DNA of 61,384 nucleotides, filler included, from Sphacelaria rigidula (lineage: Eukaryota), in assembly GCA_964200075.2 (NCBI GenBank). It is 11 parts of 11 records of this genome, joined end to end, with 100 filler letters (N's around TTAATTAATTAA, not from the genome) between each part and the next. Parts side by side here need not be neighbours in the genome. Positions count along the whole stretch, not along the records: positions 50,307 to 55,795 come from CAXNAA020026909.1; positions 55,896 to 61,384 come from CAXNAA020026910.1; 9 more parts are not named here. The stretch is one strand, 5' to 3'. The position numbers and the translations under genes are program-made. The notes under the pieces were generated by a model. It did not search any database and had not been told where the DNA came from. It saw only the letters and a program-made list of their open reading frames with translations. Positions 51,407 to 61,384 of this stretch are shown one piece after another. The first letter of the stretch is position 1. The number at the start of each line of letters is the position of its first letter.

Positions 51407-54032
51407 ATGAATAGTCAAGGAGAGCCATTTGTTGCACAGCTCATCAGGAGCATCAGGAAATTCGACGAAACTAATTTCCTCGAATGGAAGCGCAGCACGC
51501 GCGCAATGATTTCCCTCACACATCCTGGGATTTCGGATATAATGTATGGAAGTAAACGTCCCGCGGAAACTTTTGATGACGTGGAGCACACTCAGGGTGC
51601 CCAATCAGTTCCAGTTGCACGACCCAGGTCAAGATCAACTCCGCCACACACCCGCTCCCAAGGAACCGCGCCGTCTTCATCTGAAGAGGCAGCCGAAACA
51701 AGTGATTTAGTTGGGGACCCGCTGGCTGGCAGCGGAGTGGACTTCTCTCGGGAGGATACACATGTGAGAGTTGTGGTGAACAGATCTGAAATTCATGATT
51801 GGGATCGCTGCAACGAACAACTGTTCAATATACTATACTTGACAACTACAGGCCCAGCGGGTAGTTTTCTTCTTCGCTTCGAGCCGAAGGGCCACGTAAG
51901 ACCGGATGGCAAAATTGCATGGGAGGCACTGGTCGGTAAATACGAGAACTTTTCGAAGCAACGTCGGCGTATCTTATGCGTCAGCTAGATAACATCAAGA
52001 CGTCACCTGGCCAAGATCCTGACGTGTTTTTGACCAAGATATATGATGTACGTGATCAGCTGGTGTACATGGGTGAGCCCATTTCAGATGATAGACTTAC
52101 GGACACCGTGGTGGAAGGCTTAACAGATGAATACGACAGGATAAGGTATGACGCGGAGTGTGACCGAGACTTCAGCATCTCCGATATCGAAGTAACAATG
52201 AGGAATATGTATTCAAATCGCGTCGCACGCGGAATTTTGTCGAAGGGAGTACGCGGCCGTGATTCCGCCATGATAGCGGCATCGCCGCTCGATTCATCTG
52301 CACCACCTTCAAGATTCGCTGCAAAATGTTATTCCTGCGGTAGACCAGGACACTTTTCGCATAACTGTCGTTCTGAAAGACAGTCCAACAGCACGAGCAG
52401 ATCTGTCAAATGGTGCAGTCTGCATCGTACAGATAAACATGACAACACCGGATGCAAGAATCAAATCGGTAATGGTAGTACGTTCAGGAACAACGACAGG
52501 AACGATAACAACGACAGCAACTTCAACAACAATAGAGGCAACTACAACATCGACGAACATCAACGCCAAGCAAACACCGTCACAGTGGATTTTGCATCGA
52601 CGACAGCACCATCCAACATCCAAGTTCAAGAGACTAGCGGATCGGCAGCACCAACAGCGACTGACACAAGCTCGCCATCAAGCGGCATAGACTTCAGCTT
52701 TTTTGCTGATCCTGCAGACAAGGACAACACTCGGCTACCGGTGTTGATATCATTCAAGATGGTATGCGACTCCGGGGCCACTCACATCACTACATCGACG
52801 ATCAGCTACTTCCCAATATTGAAGAGGAGATGTTTGATTATGTGAAACTCGATCCTCCCATGAGAATTCTGGCAGCAGGTCGTCATCTACTCAGCGGAAC
52901 AGGCAAAGAAGTACTCCACTCCATCGTCTGTGATCAGCAGGGTAATCAACACTCCGTCCGTTTTCCGGCCATCATTGTTCCGCGTCTAGGGAAACATATT
53001 TTTTCACCAGTTGAAGCACTCACAAGAGGAGCTTCAACCGTGTTCTCCGTCGACTCTCACGTCGACCTTGGAAAATTCAAGATTCCAATACACACCGACA
53101 ACAACAACGGTACGCTCCACTTCATCAACATAAAGATTGTTCGGGACTCAAGAAATGTCAAAACAAACACCGGGTCAGCATTTACGACTAAAGTAGTGTC
53201 CGGGGAATTTATGGGGATTGGCACAGCATTGTCAGCAGTAGTACCTCCCCTGGACATCAAATCGACAAGAGCAGTCAAGATTGCCGAACCATCTTCGATA
53301 TCTTCCGTCAGACCAGTGACAAGGCCGTACGATTCAACGAGTAAAGCGAGAAGGGGTAGAAACTACAGTAAAAATAATAGATCTTCATGGGTCAAGCCTA
53401 CTTCTGCATATAACAGAACGAGGGGAGAAAAGCCGAAATTTCACGAAAGGAACAAACGTGCCGACTTCAACAGACGAGGAGATTTAAACGGAAGTTCAAG
53501 AAGATCGACAACTTCACCGCAGGAGAATCGCGATCATCCTTCTCGTCACCGTCATCATTACCATCATCAACTACAGCACCAGCACCAGCCACAGCAGCAC
53601 CAGCCACAGCAGCACCAGCAACCCAAGGTACGACACGAGAGCAGTTTAGGCGTTAAAGATATAACAATAGAGTATACCAAAGAAAAACTTGGCATCAAGA
53701 AAGCAGACTCATCATCAGTACTCCAGCAGGTGCTAGATACCCTACCTGCACACGTAAAAAGCGGGGCAATTCAACCTCCAAGGGACATCGCACGCAAAAT
53801 GCGCGGTACAGAAAATCCCAACCAGCCAACACGATCACAACGAGAACAAATGAAGATCACCTGCTTTTTCAAGAAGCAGCCATCCGAAGCGACTCCAACA
53901 AGCCCGAGAACAGCATCCACTACCAAGAAGCCAGTATCCAGAGACACGTCTTCAGCGTACTTCAGCATTATCACCAGAAACATCACTGACGTCGGAGCAC
54001 AGGGCATTCTACAGCATAGTCGCATCAAGTGA
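51407..54032 (+). pseudogene. Frameshifted copia gag-protease reading frame
   Basis: ORFs 51359-51988, 51976-52845 and 52764-54032 overlap and join by two frameshifts (~51976 and ~52785). Confidence 0.8.
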
Positions 54033-55457
54033 TTTTTCGGTGTTTCATTTGAAAGGGAATACTTCGTGCAATAAGGTCGCCGCGCTTCACCGTTCAGGAT
54101 TTCACACCACCACTACATACTGCATCAACTACGACCGAGTGAGGGCACGGAATAATAAGGGGAGCAGCTATACTACGACACCGCCCAGAACGGACCGAGC
54201 AAGATCAACGAACGCCACTACAACACCACACACTGTTAGCCAGAAAACGAAATGGTTGATCGGTAGCAGGACAATATAACACGGTACGTACTTGATTCGT
54301 ATATTTTAATGCATATACTGACTTGCGTATAGGATATATGTATTGACGTGCGTACAGTACAGAATCATAGGACTGCGTGCAGGGTCTTGATTTATTTGAA
54401 AACTGTGTGTCATGAGTACACCGTATGTACTTAATTAGTTTACCAACCTGTGTGAGAAGCTCACGTTTGCGCACTTGGGCAATATGCTTTGAGTCGAGCA
54501 TCAACGACAGTAGGATACGCAGTTGACACCGCTCCCTATGAGACTGTCTACGTAAGACAGAGGTTCAGATTTATCAATCGTTTTTGGGTCATGAGTGCGC
54601 ACTGTTTACAACATGAGTACCATCTCTGGATTTAAGGTTGTTGACTACCAGAGGACATGTGCTTTGATATTTGCATGCCATGTGAAGTGCTATATGTTGC
54701 GGGAAAACCTTTTAATTTATAGCAGGCACCAAAATTGTGATCTCATGCAAATAGCCCGAATACTTATGTCTAGGGATGAAATTCCACCAGTGACAACATT
54801 TCTTTGAGTAAACGTATACACCTGTACGCATAATAAACAGACTGATTTCTACATATCAGCTCAGCGTATCTTGGATGACTTTTTGTTTGATTTGAGCTGT
54901 TTTTTTACCCATCAGCACAGCGTACCCTGTAGCTGATTTTTTACACATCAGTACAGTGTGCTTTGTGGTACTTTTTGTTCATTTGTCTAGTTCAAGATTT
55001 GATTGAAGTTTGATTTGCTACCCACGTACAACTCAAGAGGGTGTGTTGGAAATTTACACAGCCAACAATCTAGCTGTATATCTTTTGTGTGTGAGTTTTT
55101 ACTCTGTAGCAGATTAGCGGGGCAATATATCTCGGTTCAACTAGGAGCCACCCAATATTGACCAAGGGTTCAAGCACTGTTTTTCATGTAGATACTTAAT
55201 TAAGTTCAATATCCTGTCAGACTTGCCACGTAAGCTTATTGAGAAAGCAATGTGTTGCTAGTGTTTGAGAGTGCTGCAGCTTGAGTAAGAATCCAGTCTG
55301 TGAGCTGGCAAACCAACACGTCAGAGTCGAGGACGCGTTATAGTCTACGTACGTGTAGAGCTTTGTTTTTTTGTTCCAAGGATTGAGCAATAATTGTAGT
55401 CGGTGGTCCTCACCGCCCTCTACACTCTCCTTCACTACCATCAGTTCTCCGTTTTAA

Positions 55458-55546
55458 CCCTTAGACCGCGAGATAAGTCTTTCTAGAGATCATGTATACT
55501 TTTTTTTCACTTGAATCATCAGAAGACTAACCTCGCGGTCTAAGGG
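55458..55546. mobile_element. piggyBac-type MITE, 89 bp, inserted in the copia 3' LTR
   Basis: Perfect 15-bp TIR CCCTTAGACCGCGAG. TTAA duplicated at 55454 and 55547. The 5' LTR has the empty site with a single TTAA at 51013. Confidence 0.95.
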
Positions 55547-57796
55547 TTAAGAGGAAACTGCGAGTTCTACTTTTCTTGGCCAAATAAAGCGCCCAATCAA
55601 CCATTTGTCTCACTGGTTTATTCTGAAGAACCGGAAGCAAGTGGTCTAATCAACCACGGTGCAATCTCTGCATACTACTGTTCGCTAAACAGTACTTGGC
55701 CTGTCGTCAGGACAGTGCTACGATCTGTGACGGTTTAAGAGACAACCAACTAGACTACTGACAAGTCAGCGCTGACTTGTCAGTAGTCTAGTTAGNNNNN
55801 NNNNNNNNNNNNNNNNNNNNNNNNNNNNNNNNNNNNNNNTTAATTAATTAANNNNNNNNNNNNNNNNNNNNNNNNNNNNNNNNNNNNNNNNNNNNAAAAG
55901 CACGATTTTGGGGACAAAAAGCGTCCTTTTTTCACCCCGAAATCGAGGCAAAAGTGTGCTTTTGCACACACACCCTTTGGGGGAACGGAAGGCTAGAATT
56001 CCCCCGAAATAGTTGTAGGGGGGGCGGGAAGGATGGGGTGGTCTGTATGAAAGTCATTTGTCTTGAATTTAGGTCAGGGAAAGCACGGCTTTTGAGTTGA
56101 ACCTCATTTTATTTTCCAACCCCATTTCCGAAAATCGGCTGTTTTGAGTTGGTAGTGATGATATGGATAGTGACTGGGGGCACGGAGATTCTGGAGGGTT
56201 CTGGATAATGACCGGGAACACGGAGATGGTATGTATATGCAGGTCTAGACAGCTGGTGCCTTGGAAGGTTACTCCTGAATAATGATAATGTTGTAAAGGC
56301 TGACAACTGAAACTGAGGCCAGTAAGACTGGGGAGTCCCTCAACAGTGATCCAACAGTGCTTCCACTGGCTGACGTCACAATATCGATATTAGTGCTAGC
56401 GCTAGTGCTGGTGTTAGTGCTACAGGCCTAATGGAAAGGATTCCGACGGAGTGAGTGTGCCAGCTGGGGACAACCTGACATCACGGATGCGTGATGGGGG
56501 TTCAAGCTGGTGGTGGCTGCAGAAACGCGGCTGGCCTGTGATTGATCCAAACTGGAGGCTTGCTGAAGCTGCGTGCAGCGGGAGTTTGGAGGCTCCTACG
56601 ACTGTGTGGTTCGGCGACGAAGCAAGAAAAGTGCAAATCGAGAAGGTCCGCTGGCCTGCAGAGGTTTGCAGGTAGCCGGTTATGGCTACCGGCTCACGGG
56701 TACGTCCACCGTGACACCCGTGGTCATGCGGGAAGAATTGCGAGCTCCCCAATACGAGGACAGGTACTCAGAAAGTGCATCTCGCACTTTTTACACGAGG
56801 TGTTTGGAATACAAGAAGCGTGTGGAGCACGCTAATGCAGGGGGTGCCGTACGGCATCAGGTGGTGGCAATGGCGCAACAAGTACCGACGCATGCACAGA
56901 GAGTGTTCGCTCGTTTGGAACATATTGAAAGCGCCATCACCTCGCCGCAATTGGTTGCGGCGATCAAAAAGCATGCTGGGCATGCGGCGGGCGCCGAGGT
57001 AGATCTGGCCCAAGCGTCCGCGGCCGTGGCGAAAGCTGTCACATTGGATTCTCGGGGGAAAACGATGTCGGAGCGTGTGGAGCCCATCTTGGCAAATTCG
57101 CAGAAGTACTTCACGGAAAATCCAAATATAGAACTAGTATATCGCTCCCCCGGGTGAGCTCATTCCCGGCCCGGCAGCAGTAACCACTAAGGCTTTGGTG
57201 GAGGGGTTGGCACCGGAAGATTTCAAGCAAGCCGTGCTTGTCAGGCTGCAGCACCAAACAGATTGGAAGGACGACCCGTACCTGGTGATGAGCACTATCG
57301 TGGCCGAGGCCAAGGAGTGGCGGAAAATAGAGGTGTTCGGCCAGTCGTCCACCTCTTCGCTGAAATCTTTGCGCAACCATGGCTCGAAATCGGCTGGTCG
57401 CGCCGCGAGTATTACTTGCCACCGCTGTGGCCAGGTCGGCCATTACGCGCGCGATTGCCCAACGTCTTCCGGTGGAGAGTCTGGGCAGTCTAGTGCCCCG
57501 CGCCATCAGCATCGTCAGCACAAGGGCAAAAGACGAGGCAATCGTGGTGGTGGCGGCAGATCCTCCGCGATGGAGGGTCGCAGGTGAGCCCTCAGCAGCA
57601 GCCGCAGCAGCAGCAGAATCAGCAGCAGAAGGGGCAGCGGCGTCAGCATGGGCCTGGCTCTGGGTCCGGCGCCGCCATAGGTGCTGTTGCTCCGCAGCGG
57701 GCGGTGCGGGTGGGCCCGACTTCCGCCGGCGGCGACACCGGCAGCAGCGCCAGGCGCGACGCCTGTTGACGCGCGGGTCGGAGGGTCGCCAAACTC

Positions 57797-60175
57797 TTGG
57801 TTTGCTGGGGGGCGTACCCGCCGGCGGTGCCGTTTGAACCTGCCGGGGCGTCTTCGCCTGCGCAGCTTGCGCAGCTTGCGCAGCTTGCGCAGCTTGCGCA
57901 GCTTGCGCAGCCGTGGCGTCAAGTGGAATTAGCGGTGCATAGGTCAGTGGAAGAAGTTTCCGTGGAGCTTGCCGATAGATACTTCCCGGCGGAGTTATGT
58001 CTTCCGAATCGACGGCAGCGTGGAGCCATTGTGGTTCTGTCTGTGTTGGATTATGGCGCCCATTTTACCAGTCTGCCGGTGCGGATGGTTGAGATGCTGA
58101 AGCGTCAACTCCCGGGTGTGCCACTGCGCATTCCGTTTTCGCTCGGGGCGCGGCAGGGAGTCACCGCGTCGGATCGGCATATTGCCGTCACGGAGCGTAC
58201 TGTTCCGTTGCGGCTAGCCTTCAAGACTGCTTGGGGGCTGGCGCCGTTGCCTCCGATCTCGTTTGCGATTATGCCAGGGTCGGATGGCGTTGTTCTTCTG
58301 GGGCTGCCGACGCTACAGGATCTAGGAGTCGACCCGTATGAGTGGTTGAAGAACTCCATCAAATCGCGGTTGTCTCCGCCTGGTCCGCACGTGGAGACGC
58401 TCGCCTTTTTGGGCAGTCGTCCCGTGAGCTTGTCGGTGGATGCTTTTCAGGAGGCTGGGGGGCAGGTGACCGAAGAGCGGGGTGCGGCGGTGGAACGCTC
58501 GGTAGAGCGCGGCCCGGATATGTTAATGATTCTGGCGGAAGAGGAGTCCGCTCGGAAAGTTGCGCTGGAGAAGAACGTGACGGATGCTGGGGTAACAGGC
58601 CTCAGCATCTCAAAAGCGGAGCGCCTGCGAGGCATATTGTATTGCCGCGTCAACGCGTTTCCTCGTGCGCTGCGGGGTGATCCCCCAGCGCGCGTGGAGC
58701 CCATGCGTGTTCAGCTGAAACCTGGGGCATCCGCGGTGAAAGCGAAGCCGCGGCGGTACGATCCGGTGAAGTCGAGTTGGTTGGCGTTGTGCATGGCGGC
58801 TCTTTTGGCGCTCGGGTTGGTGTTACGAAATTTGAAGGCGGGGTGGTCCAGTCCAGATATGGCGTTTCCGAAGAAGGCTACATCGTGGACGGAGGACAGG
58901 CTGCAGGCGTGGGCGGCAACGAAGGATCTGGTGGCTCATGCCGTGACGCTTTTTCATCCTCGTCTTGATTATCAGGTGTTTATGTTTCCGTATGCATCTG
59001 AGTGCCATTGGGGTAGTTTGGTCATGCAGGTGCCTACAGTTGAGATTCAAAGGCCTGTGCGCGCTGTGGCTGTGCATGGTCCGTGTGAACTTGAGGACTC
59101 GATGCCATCCACGTTTGTTGCCCGCCAAGCGCAACGAAAAGACCTTGGGGCCGAAGATGCGGATGTGCAATCTTTCGAGTCGGACGTTGGTACTGCTATC
59201 TTGGACAATGAAGGTCTGTTTTGTGTGCATGTGCGTGGCCGAAGCGTTTTGTGGATTCCGAGCTCTGACAATCAGTTGCAGGTACGTCTGATTATTTGCA
59301 CGCACATGCGCGACGCCGGGCATCGTGATGTGGCTGTGTCGCCCGTGCGCTTGCAAGAGGTTTGTGTCTGGCACGGGATAGAAACTAATGGTCGCGAATT
59401 TGTCCGCCAGTGTCTTCACTATGCTGACTCGAGGGCGGGCGATGTTGGTCCCCGCCCGCTCGGCAAAACGGTCCATGGGACCAAGTCGAATGAAGTCGTT
59501 CATTTTGACTTCTTGTATTTGAGCGAGAGTGGCCCGCTAGCTTCCCGAGGTTTGTCCAAGGATGCTGGGTTTCGATCTATTTTGGTAATTATGGATGATT
59601 TGAGCAACTTTGTGGCTCTGGAACCAGTAGCAGTGTGTACTGCTGAATCGACCGCTGCATCTTTGCTGAATTGGTGCAAGACTTTGGAAGTGCCATTTGT
59701 GTGGGTGAGTGATACCGCCACGCATTTCAAGAATGCGATCTTGGCCCGATTGCGAGAGGCTTTGCGCGTTGATCACCAGTTTGTGGTAGCGTATTATCCG
59801 TGGTCTAACGGTACGTGCGAACGTATGATCAAGAAAGTAGTTCGTGATCTTCGCTCTTTTCTTCTCGAGCAGCGTAGAGCGGTTTCCGAGTGGGTGGACG
59901 CATTGCCGGCGGTGGAATGGGCGCTCAATATAGCATATCGTCGTCATTATGATAGTACGCCGTACCACGTGATGTTTACCCCTCGGACGTCTTTCTCGGT
60001 GCTAGCGTCTTCATCGGCGGGAAAATGGAAGTGTGATGTTTTGGACGATGTTCATATTGAGAGTGCATTGCAAGGAGTCTTGGACTCGCAAGAACGTTTC
60101 CACGTTCAACTGCAGGAACGTGTTGCCGCTGGACGTGCGCGTAGACGTGAGGGGTCCTCGTCGGGGCTGGAGTAG
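57797..60175 (+). CDS. Deleted gypsy pol ORF (protease-connection-integrase); RT core and most of RNase H missing
   Basis: Collinear with contig-4 pol except for in-frame junctions at MAFPKK/ATSWTED (~58876) and QVPTVEIQ/RPVRAV (~59050). A premature TAG precedes the chromodomain. Confidence 0.8.
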   Translation: MVCWGAYPPAVPFEPAGASSPAQLAQLAQLAQLAQLAQPWRQVELAVHRSVEEVSVELADRYFPAELCLPNRRQRGAIVVLSVLDYGAHFTSLPVRMVEMLKRQLPGVPLRIPFSLGARQGVTASDRHIAVTERTVPLRLAFKTAWGLAPLPPISFAIMPGSDGVVLLGLPTLQDLGVDPYEWLKNSIKSRLSPPGPHVETLAFLGSRPVSLSVDAFQEAGGQVTEERGAAVERSVERGPDMLMILAEEESARKVALEKNVTDAGVTGLSISKAERLRGILYCRVNAFPRALRGDPPARVEPMRVQLKPGASAVKAKPRRYDPVKSSWLALCMAALLALGLVLRNLKAGWSSPDMAFPKKATSWTEDRLQAWAATKDLVAHAVTLFHPRLDYQVFMFPYASECHWGSLVMQVPTVEIQRPVRAVAVHGPCELEDSMPSTFVARQAQRKDLGAEDADVQSFESDVGTAILDNEGLFCVHVRGRSVLWIPSSDNQLQVRLIICTHMRDAGHRDVAVSPVRLQEVCVWHGIETNGREFVRQCLHYADSRAGDVGPRPLGKTVHGTKSNEVVHFDFLYLSESGPLASRGLSKDAGFRSILVIMDDLSNFVALEPVAVCTAESTAASLLNWCKTLEVPFVWVSDTATHFKNAILARLREALRVDHQFVVAYYPWSNGTCERMIKKVVRDLRSFLLEQRRAVSEWVDALPAVEWALNIAYRRHYDSTPYHVMFTPRTSFSVLASSSAGKWKCDVLDDVHIESALQGVLDSQERFHVQLQERVAAGRARRREGSSSGLE
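57860..57910 (+). repeat. 9-bp tandem repeat (GCGCAGCTT) x5.7, encoding (AQL)n
   Basis: Directly visible. Confidence 0.95.
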
Positions 60176-61384
60176 CCGAGTTTTGGGGTAGGCGATCATG
60201 TCTGGTATCCACGCGTGCGTCATCCGGGTGTTCCGCCAAAGTTGATGGCGACTTGGACTGGTCCATGAAGAGTGGTTGGTGCTCACCACCCGCACGTGTT
60301 TGAGATTCAGAACATTGTTTCGAGTCGTGTTCAGATCGCCCATGCAGCTCGTTTGCGTTTTTATGCAGACTCCCAGCTTGATGTTACGACTGACGTTAAG
60401 GACGTGTTCCAGCATGCATTCAATCAGGGTCAATTTCAGATGGCTGGTATTGTCCGAGTGGCAGAAGCAGATGATCGTTCGTTGACCGTGTTGGTCGACT
60501 GGGTTGGTTTCGAAGTTGAGGAGCGTACGTGGGAGCCTTTCAAGGATATTTTTGAGGCCGCTCCGGAATTTCTCACGAGGGAGTTGCGTAAATTGCGCGT
60601 GACTCGTGCCGTTGCTGCTCGCATTACGAGTGAGTTTGGTACTCAATTGTGACTTACTCATCGTTTTGGCGTTTTCTATGTTTCAAGCTTGTTGATCGAT
60701 TTTCGTCCAACGCGCTGTGGGGGTGCTGTGACAAAAATACGCCGTCACGTTGAGTTGGTAGTGATGATATGGATAATGACTGGGGGCACGGAGATTCTGG
60801 AGGGTTCTGGATAATGACCGGGAACACGGAGATATGTATCTGCGGGTCTAGAAAGCTGGTGCCCTGGAAGGTCACTCCTGAATAATGAGAATGTTGTAAA
60901 GGCTAGTCTCTTAAACCGTCACAGGCCAGTAAGACTGGGGAGTCCCTCAACAGCCGTGATACAATAGTGCTTCCACTGGCCGGCGTCACAGTTCATGCTG
61001 CAATCTGGAACACACACTGGCTGCGTGACCACCTCGGTACAGTAGCTGTCCACGATTAATTACGATGTGAGGAGGTCATGCATTACAGTACAAGCTGGGA
61101 CGAGATATCCACGAGGAACAAGAGTGCTCTATGATCAATCACTTGTTGTTGCACTCGACACCCACGCCATCAACCGCCGACCGCAAAGGTCCTGTGGCTT
61201 TCAAGCAACGCCGTCGGCAGTACGGCAGGCAAACCCGATCATAGCTGGCTTTCGTTGCTCTACTGTACTGACTGTCGTCTGCACAGAGGTCACGGTAACA
61301 ACATGCATGCACCGAACTTCACAACAGCTGTGAAAACTAAACAGTTCGATTTTCTCAACTACTTGCACACAATTTTGAGGACTT

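Larger units (their letters stand above)
50991..55724 (+). mobile_element. Non-autonomous Ty1/copia element (gag and protease only); partial 5' LTR 50991-51207 and interrupted 3' LTR 55044-55724
   Basis: LTR ends TGTTGGAA and TTCCAACA. 50991-51190 repeats at 55433-55724. PBS-like ggttttgagcc at 51208. Copia gag motifs NFLEWK and AWEALVGKY, knuckle CYSCGRPGHFSHNC, protease CDSGA. No integrase or RT motifs seen. Confidence 0.88.
56144..60990 (+). mobile_element. Ty3/gypsy element related to the contig-4 element, internally deleted; LTRs 56144-56380 (5'-clipped) and 60727-60990
   Basis: Direct repeats of about 240 bp; the 3' LTR reads TGTGAC...GTCACA. Gag with CHRCGQVGHYARDC. The 792-aa ORF has protease VLDYG and integrase motifs HFDFL, VSDTATHF and NGTCER. 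Chromo-like VLVDWVGFEVEERTWEP. Confidence 0.95.

Noticed and set aside
60923..60990. HDV-like ribozyme suggested by GGCCAGT...ACTGGCC-GG pairing
   Set aside because: No P2, P3/L3 or J4/2 elements could be fitted, and the pattern is not kept in the contig-4 LTR.

Overview
Eukaryotic, intron-rich, transposon-dense DNA, most likely from a brown alga or other stramenopile (inferred, not proven). The window is not one locus. It is 11 pieces of 5490 or 5489 bp joined by identical artificial 100-bp linkers (N44-TTAATTAATTAA-N44), so no synteny across linkers can be assumed. Three host gene fragments are present: five exons of a kinesin-9A/KIF9 gene (minus), three exons of a histidine-ammonia-lyase-like protein lacking the catalytic motifs (plus), and two exons of a CYTH thiamine-triphosphatase-like gene (plus). 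The rest is three Ty3/gypsy elements, two Ty1/copia elements plus a copia integrase fragment, a decayed LINE, tRNA-derived SINEs and several MITE families. The most notable observations are: (1) a LINE/SINE system whose 3' ends are poly(C) and which appears to target C/G-rich sites, with SINEs that share a core but have different tails; (2) two divergent gypsy elements with a perfect palindrome where the tRNA primer-binding site should be; (3) a contig that is a near-exact circular permutation of a one-LTR gypsy unit; (4) a gypsy copy with in-frame loss of both RT and RNase H. All homology calls come from motif recognition by eye; no searches were run.
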